This document shows, piece by piece, positions 34,202-45,527 of a DNA stretch of 64,000 nucleotides (within the stretch, counting starts at the first letter, position 1; each line of letters begins with the position of its first letter). The notes under the pieces are model-generated. The model worked only from the letters and a program-made list of their open reading frames with translations, was not told the DNA's origin and made no database searches. Location of the stretch: assembly GCA_964495905.1 (NCBI GenBank), contig CAZBWN010000078.1, forward strand, positions 1,566-65,565. The letters are read 5' to 3'. This stretch comes from an uncultured Candidatus Peribacteria bacterium (GTDB taxonomy: Bacteria; Patescibacteriota; Gracilibacteria; Absconditabacterales; Absconditicoccaceae). Both the position numbers and the translations under genes were made by a program.

Positions 34202-35043
34202 TCTTCCACGGTTATTGTCATGTGATTATATGGTATCTTAATACCATATTTTTTGAATTCCACTAATGCTTTATTCAAAAATTCTTTTTTGATAACTACC
34301 TTATTTCTCTTGCTTTGTGGATTTACAAAAAAGAATCATTGCATTATAATCCCTCAAGTATCAAATCATGTAACTACTATATTAGTATATTCCTTATGCA
34401 ACACTCCATCTATACTATTAAGAATCTGTATTAAAAGCGATTTTACCTGATTGACGTCTATATGGCGCGGAAACCTTAATTTCACATTACCTCTGATCAG
34501 TATCTCTGATTTGAGTGTTTTGATGGGTGTTGCAGCAACCATACTATTTGGAATGATTGTTCTTCTTTTGTCGAAACTTCTAATGACAGTATATCTGATA
34601 TTGATTTCTTCTATGGTTCCCATTAGATTAAGACTACCCATAAACTCCACAAAATCACCTAATTTCACTTTTTCGTTAGTCATGATCATCACTCCGGCTA
34701 TCATATTTCCTATCGTCGTGTCCATAGCAAAACCGATACTGATTGAAACTGCTCACATGATCAGAGCAACATCAAATCCTATCACTTGAAATACCGCTAA
34801 GATATTGAAAATCATAAGCAAAACAAAAAGCATGCTTCATGCCAAATTCGCTATTTTTTTGCTGTATATATCTTCTTGGAGCGAATTTTCTTGGATCCTT
34901 TGTTTGACTCTATTCACTACGTTTTTTATGATGATAAGAAAAACAACAAATATCCCTACGGCTAGTGCTGTGGATTTTAAAAGATCAAGACCATGGTCTC
35001 TGAATCGTATTAGGATATAATTTATAATGTTTGCTGTTGTCAT
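34198..35043 (-). CDS. small-conductance mechanosensitive channel (MscS family), copy 1
   Basis: ...IGFAMDTTIGNMIAGVMIMTNEKVKLGDFVEF....GTIEEINIRYTVIRSFDKRRTIIPNS. Fragments in frame, 846 nt. Stop overlaps the stop of the convergent 33743 gene. Confidence 0.85.
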
Positions 35044-35068
35044 AAATCATAAGTGATGCTAAATGATA

Positions 35069-35962
35069 TTATTGCAGAGGAATGTTTTTTATAAGACTTT
35101 GTTTATCTGCTTCTTTTTCAAAGTTGATTGTAAGCATATTATATGGTACATTGATATTGTTTATTGCAAATTCATTATTTACTTTTTCATTGATATATCC
35201 TATGGCAAAATCTGTAAGTAATCCGCAATTCGGATCAAATGAAAAGAGTGATTTGATCTCGATATAACTATCTGCAAAATTAGAAACAAATACTTTGGTA
35301 GTGGTTTTTTCTTTAACGAAATCAAAGCTATTCACTGCATTTAAAATAACTTCTAGAACTTTTGCTACATCTGAATCATAATGAACTCCAAATAAGGCTG
35401 TAAGTTTGATGATCGGTTCTGCACTGAATGTTTTGATAGGTACTGAAATCAAAGTCATGTTTGGCAAAACCACTTGTCTGAGATCTAGCGTTCTGATGAC
35501 GGTATATCTGATTGTGATTTCTTCGATTCTTCCGAGATATGCTTGGTCTGCTTGTATTTCTACGATATCTCCTAATTTAAACTCTTTGGTGTAAAGGATC
35601 ATGATACCTGCAATCATATTTCCAAGAATCTCTTTGAATGCCAATCCTACTCCGAATGAGATACCTCAGACGATAAGCCCGACATTGAATCCTACCATTT
35701 CAAATCCTATAAAGAAAGAGAAAATAACCAGGATATAAAAAGTGATATCATGAATTAATTTTCATATTTTATCTATATGTTTGTTTGATGGATCTCCGTT
35801 CTTCACTATATTTCTTCTGACCATCCCTGCGATAAATTTTGAAATCAGCAAAAGAAATAGGATGACTATTATGGCTCCGATTATCTTGAGTCCATAGGTA
35901 ACGATAGCGCTATCCATGAAGTTCTGAAGAGCTGTAGGTTCTACTACTGTTTGTGTATTCAT
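35069..35962 (-). CDS. small-conductance mechanosensitive channel (MscS family), copy 2
   Basis: ...GLAFKEILGNMIAGIMILYTKEFKLGDIVEI....GRIEEITIRYTVIRTLDLRQVVLPNM. 894 nt. Confidence 0.85.
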
Positions 35963-36128
35963 TTATCGAATGTATGAGGGTATAAAACATATCTAAAGTA
36001 TACTCGTGCATGCTTGTTTTTTCAAATAGAGGGGTCAAAATCGTCCAAAATCATTGCCAAAATATGATTATTGTTATGTAATATGGGTTATTGCATTGAA
36101 AAGCTGTTTAAATTTCGTACCATTGTAG

Positions 36129-37673
36129 ATGCATACGATATATTTTTATTTTTTTATGCACTCAATGAATTTCAAAAAAAATGTTGTTCCTGCTCCTAAG
36201 AAACCTTCATTTACTGGATATACAAATGATTATATGGTCCAGCAACCAAAAAAATCCATTTCTTTGCTTACTTTATTTGTTGTGATTATCTGTACTTTTT
36301 TTGTAGCATTTCTGCTTTTCAAAAACTTTGATCGTATGACTAATCGGTTATCTTCTTCCATAGAAGCTGATACAGGATTTCAAATAGGACAGTCAGTTTC
36401 TTTGTCTGGTATACTTCAGGCAAATGGTGATCTCATTTCCTATACCCATACTTTAACTTTAAGTGATACTACTGTCATAGGTCTTAAGAGTAGAACATTG
36501 GATCTTAGTATATATACAGGACAAATAAATATTCAATGAACTATAGAAAAAGAACTTAATACTCTGTATATCTTGGAAGTAAATATTGTTTCTTGAACGT
36601 TGGCAAGTACATGAGTATCTGGAAATACGTGAACTGAAGCATTGTTATGATCAGGTAGCGGTATCTATATCGCACAAGCAGGTATCTACTTGCCTGCAGA
36701 ATTCGGTACTAAGTATATTGTTCTCAATCAATGAGAAAATGGGGTTTTGAAGGTGAAAAATATTGTTACCGATCAAGTCATCTCTATCTCTTATTTTGCA
36801 TGTAAAAAATCAGATCCTAATAAAAACTGTTCACAACTTCTACAAAATATCTGACCTAGCGCAGAAAAAACTGTTTCTACGTCATATGCTAATAAGTTAT
36901 ATAAGTTGGAATGAGTGACTTCATGGTTCTTTACAAATGGTGATTTCTATGGATATTTTATCAATGATATCCCTGAACAAGAAGTCATAGATGTCGCTAA
37001 TGCATTTGTATTACCTAATGAAACGTATGTTAATGATAATTTATTGTCAAAAATACAAACTCTTTGTACTGATGGAAATACTTCACTTCTCCAGGTAACG
37101 ACCCATGCACTTGGTATGGATCTCAATGGATTGATCATCAATCTTCAAGGTCCTACTGCTGATGGTACTGCTACCTGTAAAGTGTTTATTGATCCTTCAC
37201 AAGCTGCAGGAGGTACTAAACTCAGTTATATATCCAATACTCCTACCGTATCAGGTGAAACAGGTACAATAACAACAAGTCCTACACCAACGACACCATC
37301 AACGTCAAATATCGATACTTCCGTAAAACAATTCCCTATCAATTTAGAAAAAACTATGACTTTCACTTCTAATAGAGGGTATTCAGTCATATTCCCATCG
37401 ATGAATATCGCATATGAATCACTCAGTGCTGATGAAGATCTCGGTTTGCCTGGGGTTCGTTGTTCTACACAGATGAATGTCACTAAATTCTCAGATAAAG
37501 CTACCCTTAGTGATGATCCTAAAGTAAGAATCTTTAGCTGTACTATCAAAGGAACTCTAAGTGATATATGAAATAGTATCCTTTCAAAAACATCAGCTAA
37601 TGGTATTCAATTCCTTATCCAGATCCTTGATCCTTCGTGGGCTGAATTCGCGGCTAATATACAGATTAATTAA
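36129..37673 (+). CDS. hypothetical membrane-anchored extracytoplasmic protein (about 514 aa)
   Basis: Track ORFs 36129..36539 and 36915..37571 share a frame and are bridged by TGA-only interruptions. One N-terminal TM helix, T/S/P-rich linker TSPTPTTPSTS. A later ATG (about 36165) is also possible. Confidence 0.6.
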
Positions 37674-37770
37674 TAATGAATAATTAATAATTAATAATGA
37701 TGGATTTTTTTTTCATATATAACAATACAAATAATCTGATTACTATTTTTTTAAATTATTTTAAAATCCA

Positions 37771-39186
37771 ATGCTTACAAAAATCATAGCGACTATCACA
37801 GAACATTATGATGAACAAAAACTTATAGATATCTATCAGGCTTGAGTTAATGTCGTCAGAATCAATTTCACACATTCCACTCCGGCAGCGGCAAAACCGA
37901 TCATCGAGAAGGTCCATAAATTAAATGGAACTAAAGAAATAAATCTGAGCATATTATTGGATACCAAATGACCTGAGATAAGAAGCGGTGTGAGAGATGA
38001 AAAACTGATAGTCAAAAAGAATCAGAAAATAAAGATTTTTATAGATGAATCTAAAGTTGATTCTGTTTCTGACCTTTTTTGTGATTATCAAGATATCCTG
38101 TCTGATGTACAAGTAGGACAAGAAATCATCATCGATTCATGACTTTTGATAGTGGTCGTAGAAGAGATATGTGATGATCATCTTGTCGTAAATGCATTGA
38201 GTGATGCTGAAATAGGTTCCAAAAGACATATCAATCTGCCAGGAGTCATCCTTAGTCTGCCTGCGCTTATAGATAAAGATAAAGAAGATATCTTATTTGG
38301 AATCTGAGCTTGAATATCTTTTGTTGCAGCATCATTTGTCAGGACTGCTGAAAATGTAGAAGAAATCAGAAAATTTTTGGATGATAATTGATGAACGCAT
38401 ATAAAAATCATCTCCAAAATAGAAAGCAAACAAGCAATGGATAATCTAGAATGAATAGTAAAGCTCTCTGATTGAGTGATGGTTGCGAGATGAGATTTGG
38501 GGATAGAATTGCCGATACATCAATTACCTACGTATCAGAAAGCGATATTGGATATGTGTTTCGTCTATGGTAAACCGGTTATCATAGCGACAGAACTCTT
38601 AAAAAGCATGGTAAACAATCCTTTTCCTACGAGAGCTGAAGTGAGTGATGTCTATAATTCTGTCATCCAAAGAGCCGATGCTGTCATGCTTTCAGATGAA
38701 ACGACTATCTGAAAATATCCTATCAAAACTATAGAATATATGAAAAAAGTTGTTCAGGAAGCAGAAAAAGTCACTAATAATAAGCATAAGGATTTCCAAT
38801 TACAAGCAACAGATGAATTCAATTTTTTGAAAAAAGCTATAGCTAGGCATGCGTTGATGCTGGCTGATGAAATCAAAGCTAAGATGGTCGTAGTGTTTTC
38901 TTACACATGAAATCTCGCTAGATATATGTCTGCATTTAAACCAAATCAACCGATCATATCGTTTACTACAGACGAAAACGTATATCGTTCTTTGGAATTG
39001 AATTATGGGATATTATCAGAAAAAATCGATCAACGATGAAAACAAAGTACGGATAATCAAGAGATAGCAATCAAGATATTGAAATCTAAATGAATGATAA
39101 AAAAATGAGATTATATTGTCGTGATATGAGAAAGGATATACAATGATGTTCATCAACAACAGATAAGGATTGTTCCTGTGGATTAA
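37771..39186 (+). CDS. pyk: pyruvate kinase
   Basis: [62 protein letters not shown]......[13 protein letters not shown]. 1416 nt. Confidence 0.93.
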
Positions 39187-39200
39187 AAATTTAAATAAAA

Positions 39201-39230
39201 ATCTGTCCGCCTAGGCGGACAGATTTTTTT
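39201..39230. terminator. bidirectional terminator (pyk / trxA convergent) built on the CCGCCTAGGCGG palindrome
   Basis: ATCTGTCCGCCTAGGCGGACAGAT plus T7, with an A/T-rich run on the other side. Confidence 0.75.
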
Positions 39231-39245
39231 ATATGCAATTAAATT

Positions 39246-39575
39246 TTATGCTTTTGCTGAGTATTGTGCGATTCTTTCTTGGTAGACGGTTGCAGGATTT
39301 GCTCCTATAATCTTATCTACTACTTTTCCGTCTTTTATAAAGAAAACCACAGGGATGGAAGTCACTTGAAACGTTCAAGCTAGTTCTTGATTCTCATCTA
39401 CATTCACTTTTGCTATCACTACATCTTTGTTCTTTTCTGCTAATTGTTCGATGATAGGTCCAAGCATCTTACAAGGTCCGCATCGTTCTGCTCGAAAATC
39501 GACAACTGCTAATTTTCAGCTTTCTAAAATCTCTTTTTTGAATTGTTCTGTTCCTACAATGTGGAGTACTGACAT
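39246..39575 (-). CDS. trxA: thioredoxin
   Basis: ...LAVVDF(CGA)AE(CGA)[11 protein letters not shown]...VNVDEN..LA..F.V.SIPVV.F.KDGK. Both tryptophans of the canonical WAEWCGPC motif are written as CGA. 330 nt. Confidence 0.9.
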
Positions 39576-39628
39576 GATAAATTAATTAATAATTAAAAAT
39601 GAATAATGAATAATGTTGGTATTCTTTT

Positions 39629-39769
39629 TTATTTTTTTGTTGATAGCAGTTCTTTTTTTATTTCTTCTGAAAGTTGTTTTATTAATTGTATCTGTTTTTC
39701 TGAGAGTTTTGGTTTAATGAATTTCTCATATCTTATGTCGATTCCTTTGGATAATAGTACTGATTCCAT
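39629..39769 (-). CDS. hypothetical small protein (46 aa) between trxB and trxA
   Basis: ATG 39769, MESVLLSKGIDIRYEKFIKPKLSEKQIQLIKQLSEEIKKELLSTKK, TAA 39631..39629. No homology recognised. Confidence 0.3.
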   Translation of the reverse strand: MESVLLSKGIDIRYEKFIKPKLSEKQIQLIKQLSEEIKKELLSTKK

Positions 39770-39780
39770 TTTCTGATTTT

Positions 39781-39850
39781 AAAGAGTAAAAGGAGGAAGG
39801 AAGAAGGGGAGGAAAAAGAGAGGAATGTTGAGGAAAGAGAGGAATAAAAG
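39781..39850. repeat. polypurine/polypyrimidine tract
   Basis: Plus strand is about 93% purine, including 38 uninterrupted purines at 39788..39825 (aaaaggaggaaggaagaaggggaggaaaaagagaggaa). Confidence 0.8.
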
Positions 39851-39853
39851 TTG

Positions 39854-40804
<951 letters not shown>

Positions 40805-41060
40805 TTAATTTAGAATTTAGAATTTAAAATTCAGAATTTAGAAACAAAATAAAATTTAGAATTTAGACTTTGAAAACATTGTGAAATAGTTCTTACTTAT
40901 TTTTTGTTCTTTTTCAATACTACCGCCTCAAAAATACCACCTATATCCTAAAAATATCTCAAAATCAATATTATATCATAAAACCTTCTCTTGTAAAGGT
41001 TATCTGAATCCGTATAATATACCCACAAAACAAAAAAAAACCTAAAAAATTGAAAAATTT

Positions 41061-41444
41061 ATGAAAAATGAAAATCCAAAAAATATCTTGGTAGTCGATG
41101 ATTGTCCAAATGATCAAAAATTAGTTACTTTGCTTTTACAAAGAAGTTTTGACTGTATCATCCATATTGTGGATTCACTTACTGCAGCAAAAACAAAACT
41201 TCAATCTGAAGAATTTGATATCATCACTTTGGATGGTATGCTTCCCTGTCTTATTAATGGAGGCTTTGGATATACTCTTATTCCTTTCATCAAAAATTTT
41301 CAGAGTTCGGAGTGTAAGATCATCATGATCTCTGGAGAACGTACACATGTTGAAAGAGGTATGAAATTAGGTGCCGATTATGGTTTGAATAAGTATGATC
41401 TTAAAAAAGAAAGCAAGTTCAATCAAAATTTTGAACTTGTGTAA
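41061..41444 (+). CDS. orphan response-regulator receiver (CheY-like) domain protein
   Basis: NILVVDDCPNDQ..., FDIITLDGMLP, KIIMISG. 127 aa with no output domain. No TGA. Confidence 0.75.
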   Translation: MKNENPKNILVVDDCPNDQKLVTLLLQRSFDCIIHIVDSLTAAKTKLQSEEFDIITLDGMLPCLINGGFGYTLIPFIKNFQSSECKIIMISGERTHVERGMKLGADYGLNKYDLKKESKFNQNFELV

Positions 41445-41468
41445 ATAATATAATTGTCATCTCTCTAT

Positions 41469-41497
41469 TATCTGTGGGTTTTCCACAGATTTTTTTT
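41469..41497 (+). terminator. rho-independent terminator
   Basis: ATCTGTGG-gtttt-CCACAGAT plus T8. Confidence 0.75.
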
Positions 41498-41638
41498 TGA
41501 CAATGAGAATTATTTTCGTATAATGATATTAATTAAAATATTAAAAGATTAAAAGATTGGAATATTGTATTACTGGCTAATCATATTACATAAATCTTTT
41601 AATCTTATAAATCTTCCAAATCTTTTAATTGTCTTTTT

Positions 41639-42088
41639 ATGTCTATGAAAGTTGTATATCCAAAAAATATCAAAAGAGGATTGCTTGCGGGGATGACTTT
41701 TACTATCTGACCCTTAAGTATTTCTATCGTCCAGATGTTTGTCCTTGCTTTGTGAGTTGCTCTTGCATTATCATCTTTTAATGGATTGACAAAATCAGGA
41801 TCTAAACTATTATGAGCATTGGTCGCTATAATAATTCTTATCATTTTTATCGTTATAGCATTTTTTAAAGTTTCAGAATTGTGACTTCTTGCTTATGTCG
41901 CTAAGCTTATCAGAAATGGTTTTTTTGATGCTAAGAAAAAATTCCAAGTAAATTATGAAAAGAAGAATCCTCTCGATATTATGATCCAGGAATCAAAAAC
42001 TAAAGAAGAGAAACAAGTTATCGAATACAAAGCAAGTGTATTCGATAAACAACATGTGACAGATATAGAAAAAAAATGATTGATTTAG
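41639..42088 (+). CDS. hypothetical membrane protein (possibly pilus/T4SS-associated, PrgI-like topology; tentative)
   Basis: ATG 41639, 450 nt with four TGA. MSMKVVYPKNIKRGLLAGMTFTI-G-PLSISIVQMFVLAL-G-VALALSS...LVAIIILIIFIVIAFF. Preferred over the antisense 79-aa track ORF 41605..41844. Confidence 0.45.
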
Positions 42089-42106
42089 TCTTTCTATGAT
42101 AATTCT

Positions 42107-43060
42107 ATGTTATTTTCTGTACATTGAATACGAATAAGTCTATTTTTTATCACGCTTGTTAGCGTGCTTTTCTTTTTTAATCAAAAACCGAATTTCATTG
42201 TTCCTATGAAACATATGAAGCAGAGGAGTCGGTTTGCCTATAATATTCTTCTTTGATTGCTTGTAGTTTCTGTCGTACTTCTTCCTTTACGTATCTCCTT
42301 GATAAGTGATAAACAAGTCGTTGTAGAAAAAAATCTTCCTATCCAAATCATTCTTGATGTATCCTTGTCCATGGCTGCTAATGATTTACAGCCAAGCAGA
42401 TTTGTCGCTGCCAAGACTTCTTTGATTTCACTTATCAAACAACTCGATGGATATCAAATATCATTGATAACCTTTTCATGAAAGCCTTTTGTCTATATCC
42501 CATTTTCTTCGTCATCATGGGCTATTGCAGCTAAATTACAATCTATGAATCTAGGTGATTTCCCTCCCGTAAAAGATTTTTTGTGAACAGCTATCGGTGA
42601 TGCCATTCTTCTTGGTGTAGGAAATCTTCAACAATTCTCCCATCAAGAAACATACAAGCCATGAATCGTCATTTTGATCACTGATGGTGATTCAAATATC
42701 TGATTTGATCCTATGCAATTAGTCTCTTATTATCAAAGAATGCAAGTTCCTATTTTTGTCCTCGGTGTGGGACAAGAAAATTATCTTATCGGTCGTGATG
42801 CCTGGAATGATCCTATAACTACCGATATTAACATTACTTTACTTCAACAACTTGCAGATAAGACGTGATGAAAATTTTATAGGATATTAGGCGAAAAAAC
42901 TTTTGATGAATTTTTTACTGAACTTTCACAGAACATTGTCACTCATCAACAACAAAATATCAAAAATATATTCTGGGAACTTAATGATTATCTGATATAT
43001 ATTCTTGTTTTCTCTCTTTTTTGACTTTTGATCTTTAGACGGTGTATAGGTAGAAGGTAG
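42107..43060 (+). CDS. von Willebrand factor A domain protein (BatA-like, N-terminal TM anchors)
   Basis: ILDVSLSMAANDLQPSRFVAAK (MIDAS DxSxS), ITFS-G-KPF, -G-TAIGDAI, ILITDGDSNI-G-. In frame with track ORF 42257..42481. 954 nt. Confidence 0.8.
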
Positions 43061-43090
43061 AAGGTAGAAGGTGGAAGGTAGAAGGTAGAA
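43049..43090 (+). repeat. six tandem 7-mers (GGTAGAA x3, GGTGGAA, GGTAGAA x2)
   Basis: Read directly from the sequence. Overlaps the last four codons and the stop of the VWA gene. Confidence 0.95.
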
Positions 43091-43219
43091 AAATTTGAAA
43101 AATAAAGATATTTCAGTATACTTAGATAATATGATAATTGAAAGGTGGAAAGATGGAAAAATTGAAAGATGAAAAAGTGGGACAATAAATGATATATTTT
43201 ACTTCTAAATCTTGTATAC

Positions 43220-43711
43220 ATGAAAAAGATTATATTAGTTTTAATAGCTTCGTGGTATTTACTTCCACTTTTAAGCTTTGCACAAAGCGATAGCCGAGGA
43301 CAATATTGAACCGATCCTATCCAAATTTTGGACAATGTCGTCAAGGAAGCTAATGTTGATGTTAGGATACAACAGACAGCTTTAGATCAAGCAACGGACA
43401 CACAGTGAGCTTATGCCAGTTCTTATAAACTAGCGAATACTTTGGATCGGTTTAGGAACAATATCAATCCTTATCTTCAATGGGCTGTCTATATATGACT
43501 TTCACTAGCGGTGATTCTGCTTATCTATAATTGATTCCTTATGGTTACCAATGCAGCGCATGGAGAAGGTGAAATCGCTAAAGTCAAAAAAAATATCATG
43601 AATATCGTAATAGGGGTCATTATCTTAACTGGGTTTTACTTTATCATTAAGTTGACTGTCTCTATCATCAATTCAATCTTTTGATGATATGGAGGAAGCA
43701 CATGATTTTAA
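43220..43711 (+). CDS. putative TrbC/VirB2-like pilin
   Basis: Signal peptide MKKIILVLIASWYLLPLLSFA, then two C-terminal TM helices separated by a short loop (LMVTNAAHGEGEIAKVKKNIMNIVIGVIIL). 492 nt. Confidence 0.45.
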
Positions 43712-43771
43712 TTCAGAATTTAGAATTCAGAATTCAGAAATAAAAAAAATTTAGAATTTAAAATTTAGAAC

Positions 43772-44731
43772 ATGAACATATTCAAGAAGGCGATATTAAT
43801 AATTACTCTGGCTATAACCGGAGGTATTTTGGGTGGGGGATTTACTTATGCTGTGGCACCTTCCTTCAATGCTAATTTTGCCAATTATCTTACTGATACC
43901 ACGCCTGATAAATATGGTAGGGTAGAGACGGTTTTTAATATCGGTATTGATAGAAATCTTAGTTTGATGGATAATGTAAAGAGATTATTTTATCCAAGCA
44001 GTGCTGCTATTACTGATGCAAATTGAAATACTATTCCTGCTTGAGGTAATTTATGGACACTTATAAGAAGTCTATGATTTATCATCCTTTTTATCTTCTT
44101 GGTCATGACAGGGGTTAATTTCATTATGCAGGCCAAGGAGGCAGATGGTCCAAAGAAAGCTTTTTCGAGCCTTATTTATATCCTTTATGGCGCTTTTTTG
44201 GTTTTTGGAGTGACGTGGATCCTTTGAACCGTCTTGGATATCGGTAATCTTCAGGGAAGCGGACAACTCGTAGATAGGGTCCAAAATGTATTGTTTCTTC
44301 AAATATTATCATTTTTTAAAGTACTTGCATTTTTTGTCGCTATCATCATGTTGGTGGTATCTGGATTTAGGATGATGGCAGCAATGGATAAGTCTGATAA
44401 AGTTGCTATAGCGAGAAAATGAGCGATCAATGTTGTGATTGCCTTAGTATTTATCAAGGTGGTTGATTATGTCTTTTATATCGCTCAAACACCAGCATTT
44501 GGTACAAAAGCTGCTGATATGATTGTCAATGTCGCCGTTGTTCTTTGATGGGTTCTTGGTTCTCTCTTCGTACTTGCAATCTTTTATGCATGATACCTTC
44601 TGATTGCTTCTTCAGGTAAAGAAGATGCTTTCAAAAAAGCTAAATGAATCATCGTAAATATTTTTGTCATTTCTTTGGTGATATTCTTATTTCTTTTGAT
44701 TGTCTACCAGGTGTTTAATGAATTTGGGTAA
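43772..44731 (+). CDS. polytopic membrane protein with repeated VirB2-pilin-like modules
   Basis: Track ORFs 43772..44026 and 44234..44422 are in frame. Repeated pattern TM-(M.A...DG/DKSD.)-K-TM. 960 nt. Confidence 0.45.
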
Positions 44732-44897
44732 AAGAAGATTGAAAGATTGAGAAATGGAAAGATTGAAAGGTGAAACGTCTAAATATCTATTTTTCCTTGA
44801 TTTCTGTGTCTAAAATACTATAAAATACCACAAGCCCGAATGAGGACTATTTTTTCCTGCCCAAATTGCGGAAAAAGTATTTAACCTATTTGTGATT

Positions 44898-44970
44898 TGC
44901 TCTCGTAGTTCAGTTGGATAGAACGACTCTCTCCTAAGGAGTAAACACAGGTTCGACTCCTGTCGGGGGT
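44898..44970 (+). tRNA. tRNA-Arg (anticodon CCT)
   Basis: GCTCTCGTAGTTCAGTTGGATAGAACGACTCTCTCCTAAGGAGTAAACACAGGTTCGACTCCTGTCGGGGGTA. Loop CU-CCU-AA. Acceptor stem has several G-U pairs. Confidence 0.8.
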
Positions 44971-45153
44971 AGTAAACAATTATCAATTCAAAATTACGAA
45001 TTACGAATAAAAAAATAAAATATTACTATCTTTAAATTCGTAATTAATAATTCGTAATTTGTAATTGTCTTTCAAGGCATTGTCAAATACGGTTTTATTA
45101 CTGTTGACTTTGTTTTGCATCATCTTTTTATTTTTTTAATATCCTTTTCACTT

Positions 45154-45420
45154 ATGGTAAAGAAAACAACAAAAGAAACTGGGCCAGAATCATTCAAACT
45201 TCATGGCACTGACACAGGATCTGTAGAAGTCCAAATCTGACTTTTGACAGAAGAAATCGCAGAATTACAATGACATCTTGCTTTGCACAAAAAAGATTTT
45301 GATGCTAAAAGATCATTGCTCAAAAAAGTTGCTAGAAGAAGATCATTCCTCAAGTATCTTAAAACTAAAAAGTTGTCTACGTACAACGCTATATCAAAAT
45401 CAGTAAGTGTAAAAGTATAG
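45154..45420 (+). CDS. rpsO: 30S ribosomal protein S15
   Basis: [49 protein letters not shown]. 267 nt. Confidence 0.9.
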
Positions 45421-45527
45421 ATCTTTAGAATATTACATGTTTAGAGGATTGGGTTTCCCTAAATATCTATAATAATCTAAATATCGCTTAATTTATTTTT
45501 TTATTTTTTTTAACATTTTATATTCTA

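Noticed and set aside
41605-41844. A 79-aa minus-strand ORF.
   Set aside because: The overlapping plus-strand frame (TGA=Gly) gives a 149-aa protein with clear TM helices that sits in an operon-like series with the following plus-strand genes. The minus ORF has no features.
43049-43090. Possible CRISPR array or minisatellite-type mobile element.
   Set aside because: The units are contiguous 7-mers without spacers. There are no cas genes and no repeat-spacer architecture anywhere in the window.
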